Positions 1 to 14,889 are shown, counted from the first letter of the stretch. The stretch: DNA of 64,000 bases from the human T2T-CHM13v2.0 reference genome, Homo sapiens (GCF_009914755.1 NC_060928.1); one strand, 5' to 3'. Notes: generated by a model not told the origin, from the sequence alone. Program-made: numbers and translations.

Positions 1-481
1 ATGGCTCTCAAGAATATGTTCTACTATCACCAAGCAAAATTAGGGACAGTCTGCTCCACGCATCCCTAGAGGCAAACACTGAAGGTCAGTTAACAAATTA
101 AAAATAATAATAACAAAAAACTTTTCTATGAAGCACAATAAAAATTAACATATCTGCACTTAGTTTTTCCCTTTGGCAACAGATACACCCACCTGTTGGT
201 AGCGTGATTGTTAGCTAAAAGGTTAGCACTACATATATCCTGAGTAAGGAAATATGAGGGTAAAATTTTAAAAGGAGATAAGAGAATAATAACTATAAGT
301 TCAAAATTAATGTGCTTTATGAAAAGAATGACTTTGTCCAGAGAAGATAATACACATGTATTCATTTTGAAAAGGGTAATATAACTATAATAATTTACAG
401 TAACTCGGAGGTAGCAGTATGCTCAGTGAAAAAAAAATAGTTTAAAGTCAGAAAAAATTAGTATTTTAATTCATGTGTTAA

Positions 482-919
<438 letters not shown>

Positions 920-3900
920 TAAATATCTGTGGAATTCATGAACGGCTATCATGCAGTTATGGAGAGACTTAAATAGCATAACACAGTGCGTCACATTCAA
1001 CACATGCATATTCAAACCTATATTTACCTATTTTATAGTTTTCGCTTAATGATTTCATGTGTCTCAATAACCATGTAACTTATTTTAAAATGTATCTTAA
1101 TGTTTATGACAATTTGAATTTCCACTACACAAATTAGCCAGTGTTTTCTGAATAATACCTAAAATATCTGGACACTACAGTGCTTTAGAGAAGCAAGAAA
1201 ACTAATTTAACAATCAGTCCCCAGTGTGTTCTCTATCTCCAAAATAAGTGAATTTGTGATCACCCATCTATAATAATATTATATTTTATTGGATGAATAT
1301 AGAAACTTCCTAATGGTAGGATTAAGCCAAATCCTGAATTCTGTCTACTCAGATTAGTCAGGTTAAATGATAAAAGGTGTAGAAAAGATAAACTTGTGGT
1401 GGAGGAATTTAGGAGCCTTAGAAAGTATATGATCCATCAATTAGAAGGGCAAGGTATCAGGAGAGGCAGGAAATGAAATACATAGTTCATCACCAACAAG
1501 ACCAAATAACTCAGAGATGAATAAAAGCAGCCTATAAATGCAGCAAAGGGCCTCAGGCACAGTAATAAAAAAAAATAGAACAAAAAAGATAACGTTCACA
1601 TTAATTTCTTTGGTTTTAATAACACGACTCAAACAACACCCACCGTGCGAAAATAAGATCATACAAGCACACAAATGCTTCTATCAGAGGCCCAAGCGGA
1701 CTGAGGAATCCCAGGTGGTCTGTTTGGATGCCCTGAAGAAATGAAGGGAAGGGGGTGTCAGGGAGGGGCGCCCAGAGCTCTTCTGTTGTAGCATTGACCA
1801 AAAAAGAGGCAGCCAGAGAAGGAAACAGATTTCATGTATCATTAATGACATCCCTACTTCTGGATCTGAAATTCCCTCTCAACTTCAACCATGTCAAGCT
1901 TCCTAAAACCCCTTCCTTTTTGAACTTCTACTTCACAGCACCAAGTGATCTTCCATACAGTTCTCTGATACTTTTGCTCTTTTCCTTCCTTTGCCTTCTA
2001 ACTATGGGCATTCACTTCATTCGGTCATTACCTCAATGCTTTCTTTTTGCCTCTGATTTCCTGCACTTGAAACCTTTAACTAGTGTCTCTATGCAGATTA
2101 TTCACATTTTAAAAGTTCACAATCTTGATCATTCATTTGAGATTTATTTCACATTTCTAAAGGCTGTGGAACTTTGGGTGTGCTATATAACATGGCCATT
2201 GGGATGACTCTCCTGTGCCAATGTCCTGTGCAAATGTCCTGTCTAAAAGTTTACCTTTGAATGTATACTCATGAGACCTTCATTATAATATTCAGTTACC
2301 ACAAATATTTCCTCCAGTATACATTTCTGGATCCCTTTTTAAAGCGTGGTTTTATAATATAACACATTTTCATAAAGATTCAAAGGTCATCTAGCACAGT
2401 GATCATGAGCAGAAAGGGTGAGTCCTAAAATATCTTGAAACCTCAGGTTTCTCAACCATAAAATGTAAAAATAATAATGGTGTCTATCTCATTGGATTCT
2501 TGCAAGACTGAATCATGGTAAGGCTCTATAAGTGCTGGCTATAATAATCACAGCATTGTTATTATTATCAGTTTTCTGCTAAACTCTAAAAAGTTTAGGC
2601 TAAAATTTTCCCATTATCTAACCCCAATTTTATTTCACAGACCATTCTTCCATATACTCTAGGATAAACAAGGAGAATATCTCTGTGTTTCTCAACGATT
2701 TTTTTCCCTCACCCACCTAGGCTTTTGCTGGGGCTATTTTTCATTATGGAATATCACGTCATCTACTTTCACCCTTCAAAATCTTAATCATCCTTGAAGG
2801 TTCCTACAAAAAAGTCACCCTTATGCAGAATCTCTCTAAAATCTCAACTGAAAGAATACAAAGGAAATTATACCCAGCCCTGTAAGGTAAAGGTGCTATG
2901 TCATGTCTTCCTCCCCTTACATATCTCTAATATGTTTTTCAAAGATGGAAATAATACTTTGTTCATCATTGTTTTCTTGATGGTCCTTTTTAATACAATG
3001 CGGCAAATTAATAAAACTCAAATGCAGCTATACTCTCCAGTTTATGTCAGTTTATTACATCCGATTAACTAGTAGAAACACAAGTCATGGAAATTACAGA
3101 TAAGTTGTTATTACCTTATACATTTAAACTACTTACATTCCATAAGTAGTATAAATTACCTTATTTATTGGACATAGCTTAAGAAATAGAACTTATTAAT
3201 AAATAAATGTCAAAATTAAGTAGTGAAAATAATTATTCTCATTTCTTTCTTTAATACACGATGTTACCGTTTGAACTACTAAAATACTCTTTATATACCA
3301 TCATTTTAAAATAAATATTTAAGATTGTGTTGTCAATACACTGAGTAAAATTAACACAGACATGGTAATATCCATATCTGTACTAGAAATCTGAAAAAAA
3401 TTTATTGTTGTAAGTTATTAGCAATGATGGAGCAAAACTCATAAAGTAATGCTATTAAATTATTTTCAAAATGTTCTAGTTTAATGACAGTTTATTTAAT
3501 TTGCTTGTGACCTTGTTTTATTTATCAAAATGAGAAATGTTTTGAATTAACTTTTTTAAAAAAGTAATTTAAAAAATTTTTTGCCTTTGTCATAATAGTA
3601 AGGATTCTAAACATAAACATAAATTATTAAATAATCAGGCACTGCCTTGTCACCCTATTTTCATCTACATAAGAAACTTAACTCTAATAGAATTTGTTTC
3701 CTATTAAGTCACATTAATTTTGCCAATGATTTTTTTAAAAATAATGGATAAAGGAATAGAACAATTGTGAATTATTCATGATGTTATATTTTTCTCCATT
3801 TTCATCAGAAATTCTTTTAATCCTTTTGACTTCAATATTTCATAAATTAAATTAGTGAGGAAATTCAGTATTTGTGGAATACCAAGTTAAATAATATGAA

Positions 3901-4324
3901 AGGAGCTTAACATACAACTTAAAACAATGCAAAATTTTCAAAGCATAATATTAAAGCCTATTATTTATTTGTGCCAAATTATATGCTTTGATATAATTAA
4001 ATAAAATGAATGCATACTTTGATTCAATTCCTTAAGGCAGAGCTAGTAAATGGAATAAATGAATTGTCTCATTTAAATGTTTTATACTTTAATTGGGAAA
4101 TGGATTGTATTTGAATTTATATAGATTGATAAGAATTATTGGCAATATTTTATGGATTTCAATTTTGTCACATTATATCACAATATTTACAGACAAAAAA
4201 AAGAAAAATAAATTTTGCAACAAAAACTTCAAATCAGAGGAGAAAAATAAAGACTCAAATTCATTTTATGAGAATCATTCTATTTGCATAGCCTCAGAGT
4301 ATCTCTCTGAAATATCTACCAATT

Positions 4325-5020
4325 ACAATGGTAGTATTAACATATGTCCACAAATTTTTTGATATCCCTTCTTCTAGGAAGTGGAGCTTATCACCTCTCT
4401 TTAAAAGTATAGTATAGACAGAATGTCTCACTTTTTTAACATACATAGTTTGAAACGGGAAAAATAGTAACTTCAAAGTGAAGTAACCTAGTAGAAAACA
4501 CCTTAGCCAAGTGATCAATATTAATATTCCCAGTAATAAATAAGGTGGATAATATGTGCTTCTGGATATGAAGTGATGAGAGAGGCACATCACTTTTGTC
4601 CTAGTCTTCCCCCAAATCTATAATCCCATTCTAATCATGAGAGAATATCAGACAAACACAAAATGAGGGCAATTCTACAAAATACATGACTAGTATTCTT
4701 CAAAAGTGTCAGGTCATGTAAAACAAAGAAATATGGAAACACTGTCACAGCTTGTAGGAAACTAACGCAACAATAGTTTCTTGGATTGTATCCTAGAACA
4801 TTAAGTGACATTAGCAGATAATTAGTAGGTAACATTAGCAAATCCAAGTAAAGTCTGTAGTTAATTGGAGATTATTATATCTATGTTAATGTATTAATTT
4901 TGATTAATGTATGATGGTTATGTAAACATTCAGAGGAAGCTGGTTTAAGTGTATAATCCAAGTTTCTGTACTATCTTTGCAATGCTTTTGTAAATGTAAA
5001 ATTATTTCAAAATTAAACAA
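4325..5020 (+). mobile_element. Old L1 (L1MC/L1MD-type) 3' end fragment
   Basis: Resembles L1MC/MD 3'UTR motifs (ccttagccaagtgatcaa, aaaatgagggcaattctacaaaata, ctgtactatctttgcaa...tgtaaatgtaaaattatttcaaaat). Confidence 0.7.
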
Positions 5021-5146
5021 TTGAAGGAGAAATTCATCTCATGAGTAAATAAAATAATGAATGTGAATTCTAATGAACTCGTCAAAAACAAATTATGATG
5101 ATTATAGTCAATATCATCATTAGCATCATGACCTCTAAATATGCTA

Positions 5147-5180
5147 AGTGTGTGTGTGTATGTGTGTGTGTGTGTTTGTG
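5147..5180 (+). repeat. (TG)n microsatellite, interrupted
   Basis: Direct. Confidence 0.9.
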
Positions 5181-5377
5181 TAATCATATATGAGAATGAA
5201 CAGTATTGCTAGAGGCTGAGGCAATACTTGGTTGTGATTAAAGACACAAACTCTTGGGAGCAAATTCTCTAAGTACTAGTACTGGCCATTGCACTTATCC
5301 ACTATCAAATTAAGTTACTAGCCTCTGTATAAATCAATTGCCTCAATCCTAGTAAGAAAAGTAATAGTACCTACATT

Positions 5378-5906
5378 TGGTAATAGTCAAAGATCTCAAT
5401 TCATCCCCTTTCTGTACGTGCATGCTGCCTATTACATGGAAACATAGAATCTAATTCCCCCTCCTTGAAGCTGGGCTAGCTTGAGTGACTTGGCTTTGCA
5501 AGTACAATGTAACAGAAGTGAATTTCTCCCATTTCCGAAGCTAGATCATAAGAAACCTTGCGACTGTTGCCTTAATCTCTAAGATCACTTGCTCTGGGGA
5601 TGTCCCCTGACCAAGTCCAATCGCCATGCTATGAAAAGTTCAAATTCCACGCAGAGGCCACACCTGGGAATTCTGGCGCGGAGTCTCAGCTAAGCTCACA
5701 GCCATCACCCAGCATCAATTGAGCCCTCTTAGACATTCCAGCCCAATCAAGCTCTGAGGAGACTGCAGATGTCCCAGCATCTTGCAGCCAGCATCACATA
5801 GAACAGAAGAATGAATCAGACAACCCACATAACTGTGAAAAATAATAAATTAATGTCTTAAGCTACTAACTTTGTGGTATTTTGTTATGCATCATGCCTC
5901 CTACAG
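5378..5906 (+). mobile_element. MaLR solo LTR (MLT1G/H-like)
   Basis: cctccttgaagctgggctagcttgagtgacttg, aagctagatcataag, and a 3' end taagctactaactttgtggtattttgttatgca typical of MLT1. Confidence 0.7.
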
Positions 5907-6799
5907 CTGTTGGGAGAATAGAATTAGTAACCACATTATATTAACATTAACTATTGTTATAGTTATTATTCTCATCTCCTCTAAATCACCCTTAACAGTT
6001 ACCCAAACTGATTATTCTTTTAAACCCTTTCCCCTCTTAGGCAGAACTAAAGAAGAAACCCCTTTTTTAGCATTTGCATTCATACTACTCATATGTTGTC
6101 AACAGATTTCACATAGATCATTAGAATAATTCTACTAAAAGACATATGCCAGAAAATAATCTAGGGTTTGAAAAATAGATGCAGATAAATCAGCACTGTA
6201 TATAAAGACAAATAAGATTACTCCCCTCATAACTGGGATTAATTCAACAGCTAGTTACAGAACACGTGCCACAAGCCAATCACCATGGCTGGGCAAGGCG
6301 GATTCAATGAGGAACAAGATGGAAATGGTTCTTTCCTTGTGTAGTTTGCAGACTCAGTCCAATCAGAAAGACAGATAATTACAGAAGCAATTATAATAGA
6401 GTGCCATAAACACTTCGATAGAGAAAAAAGAAAAAAAAATATGAGAGAGCATCGCATAAACCTATAGTTTCCAAGCTGTGACCCAAGGCATCTCACAGAG
6501 TGGCAGCAAACTCACAGGATATTGCTGGATATTTTAAACTTTCAACAGAAAACACAGTGACATCCATTAACTTAAAAGTGCTAGGTGTTTCTTTTGACTT
6601 GGAGACACCATGAGGAGAAATTACTGGGACACTACAAACACCATGAATTGAGAATGTTTAAAATCTCAGGTAGAGACACTTACAAATAACACCATCTTTT
6701 TTGAAGGTCAGGAAAGGTTTTTTGTTTTGTTTTTTTTTTTTTGAAAAATGAATAGCAGTATTCAGTTGGCAGGTAGCATTTGATCCAAATTACCCTTCT

Positions 6800-7260
6800 T
6801 CTCTCCCTTTTCCTGACTCTCCTCCCTCCAATTACATCAATTTGGGCATCTACAAAGCTCCCGTGCTGAACCTTTGCCCTCTCTACTTATTTCAGTCCCT
6901 CACTTCTGATTGTCTATTTTCATCCCCATATGGTGTCTTAATGTCACTTCAAACTCAAAATGTCTAAAATAAGACATTTTTTCCTTTACCCAGCACCTTC
7001 TCCTGCCATTCCTGTTTCTCTATTCTCTTTATCACTCAAGCACATGAAAGCAGCTTGAGTCTAGACGTTCCCTTCTCCCTCAGAACTAATATGATATGTG
7101 TGCCTTATCAGTTCTTCTTGTCCATGTTCCCTTGAGTCAGTTGCACCCTTTCATTCTATGGCTTTTCCCTTGGTCTGGCCTCTATCATCATCCACCTCCA
7201 GTCTCACTCTCTAATCCATTCTGCACAAAACCTCCAGACTAATTTCACCACAATTCTTTC
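6800..7260 (+). mobile_element. L2 fragment
   Basis: gtcacttcaaactcaaaatgtctaaaa and ctctaatccattctgcaca resemble the L2 3' region. Confidence 0.6.
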
Positions 7261-7719
7261 TCCAACAGAAGTGTAAAACCGAGCACACACAAAATGAGAC
7301 TTACCCAAACTTTCTTTCTTTGAGTTCGAGGAACAAGGCTAAACTTTATTCTTTAAAGAGAAAGAAAAATATCTGTGGTCTTCTTTGAAAGTGTTTATTA
7401 ACCTTTCCAGCCACTTGCTGGACGGCATTCCCTCCCCCAATTGACCTCCCTCTGTGAATTTTCCTTTAGCCTATAATCTCGGTGTTTGTTTGTTTTCCTT
7501 TGTTTTTCTATTTCTCCCTCTGTTCTTTTTTTTGTTGTTGTTTTTGTTTTTTACCCTTGATACATATGACTGTTCAAATCCTTATGAAAGATCAAACAAC
7601 ACAAAAAACTAGCATCCTTTTCATTGGATGTGACATGCCAATTAATAAAATTCATCTTAAAGCTTTAATAATGTATTTAATGAGGCATGCACTACAGAGA
7701 TAAAGCAGAAATGATTTCC

Positions 7720-8349
7720 TCAATAGTTTCACTGATAATACTCCCACCAAAGTCACCCTTGACCTTACCTTCCAGGTCTGTCATAAAAGTGTGATGCTGC
7801 CGGCCGCTGGCTCCTTGTGAACTCTATTTTCCCTTGATTCAAGGGCATAAGCTCTCTCCTGTGACAATTTAACATTCTGTTTCGTGTTCTGAGATTTTTT
7901 CTAAATTGTTTTTTTAAGTCACTATTTTTGGTCCTTTTTGTTCCACCTTTAGGTTGATTTCATCAGTATCAACATCACCAATGATTACATACTTGTTGAT
8001 GATTTACAAGTACAGATTTCTAATTCAGCTTTTTTCCCCAAATCACAACCCATGTATCTAATTGCTTTACTGACATAACTCTTCCTAGTCAGACAAATTT
8101 AATATATGCAAGACATAATTTTCTTTGAAAAATCTGTTCCTTTTGCTCTCACTTCTGAAACAAGAATATTCACAAGCAATATAAAGCACCATTTTAAAAT
8201 GACAGCTTTACCTTACAGAATATAGGCTCCATGAAGGCTGGTTTTGGCTTGTTAGCTTGTTTTTAATTGCTATCTTCCCAGCAATTTGACTACAGCTGGC
8301 CCACACTGGGTGCTTGTTATATATTTATTAAATGTTGAATGAATGAACA
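7720..8349 (+). mobile_element. Degenerate L2 LINE that hosts the MTDLE exon in antisense
   Basis: Collinear L2-like blocks: ttcactga...ccaaagtcacc; ctccttgtgaactctattttcccttgattc; gttgatgatttacaagtacagatttctaattcag; tatctaattgctttactgacat; L2 terminus aggctccatgaaggc...tgttgaatgaatgaa. Confidence 0.7.
7769..7784 (-). CDS. GPM6A: GPM6A alternative N-terminal coding exon segment, MTDLE + first base of Gly codon
   Basis: Minus strand ATG ACA GAC CTG GAA G|gtaagg: a near-consensus donor in the same phase 1 as the main exon. It matches my recollection of an M6a isoform in which MTDLE replaces MEENMEEGQTQK. The 5' end of the exon is undetermined; a possible acceptor ttgtcacag|G lies near 7858. 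Confidence 0.8.
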
Positions 8350-11300
8350 AATCAATCTCTTGAAGACGAAAAAAGTCATACATATATACTTTGAAGTTTT
8401 AAGTTATGAAAATTACACTTTTCCATTGTTTCATCTTTTCTTCCCCATTTTTTCCATCTACACTCTTCTCATCCTTTATTTCAGATTTGATTTTGCTAGC
8501 ACCTCGCTTCTCCACCTCACCCTGCTCCTCCAGCCTCTTTTTGTCCCTTTGTGGATATTCATTAATATGTGTTAGTCTAGTCAAGGCAAATGGAAAGGGG
8601 AGAGAGAGGATGTGTCTGAATAGGGAAGAGCAAGACAGAGAAGAGACCAAACAACAGAAAGGAAAAGGAGAAACGTCTGAAAATAGATTTAAAGAATAAA
8701 CAAAGGAGGATGAAAGCAAAGATTTTTAACTGATATGTCAAGAAAAACAAAAGGAACAGTAAGAGATACATGTATTTTCAATCCTGAAATCAAGGAAAAC
8801 AGTCAGTTGTTTCTCAAAGAAATTTCTTTAAATTGGCAAGGTATATTCAGTCTGTTTTATTAATAGAAATAAAAGTAGAAATATACAGACTACTGATTTT
8901 TTTTAAATAACAGTTTTGAATCCCAATACTTGAAAAGCTTTAATCAAAGCAATCAAAGCATCATACAGATGCAAATACAACACAGACAAAACCCTTATCC
9001 CCAAACCTAGAAAATTTAATGTAAGAGACAGTTATAAACTAAACTGAAACTAGATTTTATTACTGTTAATTATTTGCATAGCAGAAAATGAAAATTTTAC
9101 AGAATCATGCATCTATAGTGTTACAGGGGAATTTCAGAAGTGGATTTTGTTTCGGAAGTAAATTTTAAAATACCAGCCAATGATGGGCAAATACTTAAAC
9201 CTATCCACCCTTTAATAGTTCTTAATGAACAAATCAGACATATAAATAGAATGAAGACATTAATAAGGCTATCTAAAAATTTAAGCAAACAAAAACTGGT
9301 TCATAATGTAATAAATTAGAGCCATAGCTCCATACAAGGAATTATGATAAAGAAAGAAAATGAGGAATATGAAAATGAAACACTGCTGGTTTCATTTACA
9401 CTAAATGAACATCTCCTGGAAGTAGGAAGTTAACGTGTTTTGACCACAGTGTACTTGGTAGTGGGATTAGAAGACACCATGGTGCTGTAAAAAGAGTCTG
9501 CATTTGAATGAGGCCAGCAGGGTTTTAGGCCCAGTTCTATCACTAATTAGTTCCTAATCTTACAAAGTTAATTTACTTTTGCAGAACAAAGATGATATTT
9601 AATACGTCTTCTTTTTAAAAGTGCTATAATGAATAATGATTTTTAAAATTTATTTCAACAATAGACTTTTGGAATAAATGTGTTCTATTTAAAATATTTA
9701 TTTTTATAGTTGATATCCATATTCAGCTTCTTGATTAATCAAAACATCCATGTTTGAATTTTAATATCAGCACACTAATAAGAAATAATAAAATTAAAAC
9801 ATGTCCCCTTCATTGATCTCACATGTTGATTGTCTTGGCAACTAAACTCATTGCAGAAGCTGTAAATCCATTATGTTCAATTTATCTTGTTTTTATTATT
9901 TTATTATCCTGATAAAAGCAGGCTGACTTTAAAAAATAATACTTCCTAGAAAGTCAATTCCTTCTCCTAGGCTAAATGTCTTCTGAGGTATGAGAAATCA
10001 GGGAACATGAATAACAAAAAAAACATGAATTGTGTCCTAGGACATGATAACTTGCTTTAATTTTCTATCTCCAAATTTTGTCTTTATGTTAACAGTTATC
10101 TACCGGCCAAAGGAAGGGAGTTAAAATATAGAAGAAAAAAGATATTAGTGAGTGATACCATCAAACCAACTCTCTATTTCTCTCCTTAATGATTTGTCGT
10201 TTTACCATCTTCCTGCTCCCTAAATTTGGCTATGGCAGAACTGGCCAGCAAAGGCTGTTCCTGTGTGCCAATGTGCCTTTGTATGCCATCTGCGGATATC
10301 ATCTGCCAGGCACCTCACAAAATCATTTACAAGGAGAAAGAGCTAAATAGAAATTGCCATTGATAGCAAATATATTTGTTCTGAGTAATATCAGAATTAT
10401 CTCTAATAACATCCTTAATACTGTAAGGCTGTTTCAACCTTTTCTTATTGAAATACACATCAAATCAAAACCATATTTCGTAATCATCTAAGTGAATTTT
10501 TAAATATCTAGCTTTTTACACATACATTTATCTTGTTAGCACTACATAAATAAATGTGTAATAGCACATTCAAGGCAATTCTTAGAAATTTCTGCCCAAT
10601 TTGCCATTATCTACACAGTTTTTTATTCCCCATCTAGTTAACAGCTTCTGAGAAGCCCAGGTTCCCAATTTCTGAGCATGTTTAATCGACCACTATGGTT
10701 GTCATGCCAACCAACACAGAGAATTCTGAGCTTACATGGGGCATTTCAATACAGTGACCCAATTACTTTCTGTCAACAAATTCACCAGCAAAATAAAGGG
10801 GCTAACACATTAATGAGATTTCCTGAGACTGCCCTGTAGAGATGCTTGCAGTAAGATCACCATCAGTTTTTAAAATACTAAAATGCTATTAAGTATCACA
10901 AGTATGATTCTTTTTATCCTCTGCCTTAGTTACTGTTATCTTTATGAGTGTATTTTCTATCAAAAATGCCTGAAGTCAATATATTTTAGCTTCTCTTTCA
11001 CTACAAAATCAAATGACACCGGGGTGTACATGATATAAGGATACCATATTCTCCAAAATGGAAGTCACTCTATCTCAACACGATTTTAATTTTATATTGT
11101 ACAATGGAAATTTATGAAGGCATAGGGAAAGTTGTATATCCTTTTCGTTATTGTTTTAAAAAGTCTTCATTTGAAAACCAAGAACGGCAAATGCCATGAA
11201 TTAAAGGACTTTGCAACATGATGAAATTATCTATTCATTGCCTAAAAAATATTTTGTTCGTTCTTTTAGGGAGGAAAAAAAGAGAGCATAAATGTTAGCA

Positions 11301-12193
11301 CTAGGTTGAAACAAATATTTAAACTAATCCTTTAGATATATAACATACAAAATGTTTTAGCTTCACTTGGGTATTTACTATATTTACAATTAAAGTTTGC
11401 TTTAATGGGGAGTGGTTGTGTGTATGAGAGAGAGAGAATAAAGAAAAAAAGAAATAATAAATACAATATGAATGTACCTATTTTCTGGCCAATCCTTTTC
11501 CTATGTCTTTTGGACTAGAGTTCCATTTTTTTCACAATTTATAATCATGTTATGCATAGGCTCTATCTATTAGGTAAAATAAAATTGATTCTCAGATGAG
11601 TTTATTTAATAAATAAATCAGATGGCAGATGGGCTTTATTAAAACAAGTAGAGATAAATAAAATGTATAGATAGAAAAGATATTCTTGTTCTAGCAAGAT
11701 GACAAGAATTTAATAATGTTTTTACATTACTCTTGAAGATATCAGTTTTAAGAAATGCATCTAAAATTAGTAGAAGCATAGACATGGAACTCTAGCACCA
11801 CTCCTTAGCATTGCAAATAGGAAAATTAAGGTCTCAGAGGTTAAGTGACTTGCCATATGCCACCCAGTCAACTGGTGGCAGTCACACAATTTGGAGCTTG
11901 CTTCATTATTTGACATTAATTTGTAGACTGTTGGATGTATTGTTATAAATGTCCCTATATGTAAAGTAAGAGCAATTTATAAAAGGTTAAATTTGCATAT
12001 TTAAAATTGAACTCAGAAATTGACTGCAGTCATCATCTTCATCCACATAACAGAGAAGAGATTCAATTTTCTCTTACTTAATAGATGGAGACTACTAACA
12101 AAATGATTGTATCAGAATGAAAGCACTCATCTAAAACATACAGAAGCAATATTTATTACAAAATAGAGACATTCATATTTTACCCATTTATTC

Positions 12194-12221
12194 ACACACA
12201 CACGCACACACAGACACACAC
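12194..12221 (+). repeat. (CA)n microsatellite, interrupted
   Basis: Direct. Confidence 0.9.
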
Positions 12222-13329
12222 TTTTCTGTAACATGAGCAAACTAGTTTCCAAATATTTTGTGGCTTTTATGCCTTCTGAAAATTGACATATTGTCCTTCT
12301 ACACTCCCAGAAATACTTCCATTTATTAAAATATTTATGGGGAGCCTATTTTTTAAATCAAATTGATGCTTTGATACCACAACCTGTGGTCATATTTAGT
12401 TATTAATCATATAACCTGAGCAGTCCTCATAAGCCCTAAACAGTCATCAGTAAAATTAGCATTGACATAAAAGAATTTATAAAGCTACAAATAAATGATT
12501 GTATTTGTTTACAGTATAACAGTTATTGACTCTGGTTTAAGTAATTTGATCTCATTATAAAAATATATTTCAGTCTCTTTAATTTCCAACTCATATGTGC
12601 TAAAAAATTTTAAGCTCATATGTTTAATCCCTCTGTTTACTGCTAGTAACATATCGTGTTTATTTCTTCTGGTTATGCATTGGATTGAAACTGCCATGCC
12701 AATAAAAAGTTAAGTCAAATGTGTAGAAAGTATTAAGCTCACAGCATGGGTTATACCATTTTTATTTTATTCTAAAGTTTTACACTGGATATTTGGTGTC
12801 TACTCTTCCAAGTACTTTTAAAAGTAAAAAATAAAACTAGAAAATAATTAAATGAAGAAAATAGCCAAAAAGAAGAGGCAACCCTATATTTTTTTTACTG
12901 CCCTGGTAATACATTTATTTTTAATGGACTTGGGAAATGCATGCTTTCTTGTAAAGATACTCTATAAAATTGAGAATGGCGTTATTTTTCAAAATAACAA
13001 CTAAGTTTACTTAGAATACATCCACTGATAATTATAATTGATGAATATTAGTAAAATTTGAGATGTTAAATTCCATTTTGCTTAATAAGTTTATATTTTA
13101 AAATACAATGTAAAACTCTTTATTTTGGAATTTAACTTATAATTCTTTGACATCTGATCAGAAAGTTTATTTGCCAATTTCCAAGGAAATATTGAAATTA
13201 AAGACAGAAATACATATGGGATTCTCATGTTATTGTATTCATAATGCTTTTACTTTTAAATATTTATATTAAGAAACCTTTCAAACATAAAACAAATAAT
13301 ATAACAAGCAATGATAAAGTTGACAATGT

Positions 13330-13498
13330 GGCCGACCATGGTGACGCATGCCTGTAATCCCAGCACTTTAGGAGGCTGAGGCGGGCAGATCACTTAAGGC
13401 CAGGAGTTTCAGACCACCCTGGCCAACATGGTGAAACCCCATTTCTATAAACAATACAAAAATCAGCCAGGCATGGTGGTCTGTGCTTGTGGTCCCAG
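13330..13498 (+). mobile_element. 3'-truncated Alu (left monomer plus start of right monomer)
   Basis: ggccgaccatggtgacgcatgcctgtaatcccagcac... ending abruptly at gtggtcccag. Confidence 0.92.
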
Positions 13499-13765
13499 GT
13501 TTTTCATTTACCATTGTATCTTAAAAAGTTATCCATGCTAATACATTCTTTAGCTAGTACAGATGAGCCTACTATTATGGACTATATTATGTATTTTTGA
13601 TAGAACTCCTCCAAAAAATTAATAATAACTGCCCTTCTGAAAGATGTTCTATGGCTTCATACAATATGAATGCTCTTACTCTGAGCTATCCAGGACCCTG
13701 TTGGTGGAGGTTGCCTGGATACCCACCGTCCCTACCTCACAGCAATTAAGAACATTCTGGAATAG

Positions 13766-14104
<339 letters not shown>

Positions 14105-14379
14105 AAGATCCATGAATTCTTCTGCACATCAGACACTACTTATACTTTTTACTTGGATCATCTGATGTCTTGACTTCCAGAAATGCATTTCCCATTGTTT
14201 ATGATAATAGGAGTTCTTTTCCTCTTTAAACTCTGGTAAGCTGCCAAAATTCTTCCTGGTATTTAGAGGGAAAATATTTTAAAATACTTTTTTATGATAT
14301 TGTCAATTCTGATCCTCTTGGTTCACAAATATAATTTCATCCATTTATCCTAATTAGTCTTTTGACTTTTAGTCTTTGC

Positions 14380-14475
14380 TCATTTTACTTTTTAACCTTT
14401 GTCAATTTATGTCATCTTGATTTGGATTCATTTTACTTTTTAACCTTTGTCAATTTATGTCATCTTGATTTGGAT
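14380..14475. repeat. Perfect 48-bp tandem duplication
   Basis: tcattttactttttaacctttgtcaatttatgtcatcttgatttggat at 14380-14427 and 14428-14475. Confidence 0.95.
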
Positions 14476-14519
14476 GCATCTTTGGAAACCATTTTCCTTC
14501 TAGAGTAATACAGAGTATC

Positions 14520-14740
14520 TGGATCTACATTGACAGGCCTAAGAAGCAACTTCACCACTTACTGCTGAGTGACCTTGGAAAAATTATCAAAAATCTCTGG
14601 GTCTTAGCATCTTCATCCATAAAATAAGAGTAATAAAAGTATCTTATTTGTATAGTTATTGTGAGGATTATGCAAATTAATAAATATAATGCACTTGAAA
14701 CAGTGCTTAGCAAATGATGTTATCTCAACAAGTGTTAAAT
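14520..14740 (+). mobile_element. MIR
   Basis: caccacttactgctgagtgaccttggaaaaattat...cttcatccataaaataagagtaataa...gttattgtgaggatta MIR core. Confidence 0.8.
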
Positions 14741-14889
14741 ATTCATATAATTTCTTTAGATTTACACATGTGAGTCCTTAATAGAAACCATAATCAAATG
14801 TTTACTTGTTCATAGCCCTTCTTTGGATCTTCTGTAGTTTAAATATTTCCTTTCAAAGATACAGTGCAATTACACACAATAACTTAAAC

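Noticed and set aside
1755-2207. 150-aa plus-strand ORF, and the 128-aa (39309) and 122-aa (53218) ORFs
   Set aside because: Non-ATG starts, low-complexity composition, no homology recognised; 53218 overlaps LTR-like sequence
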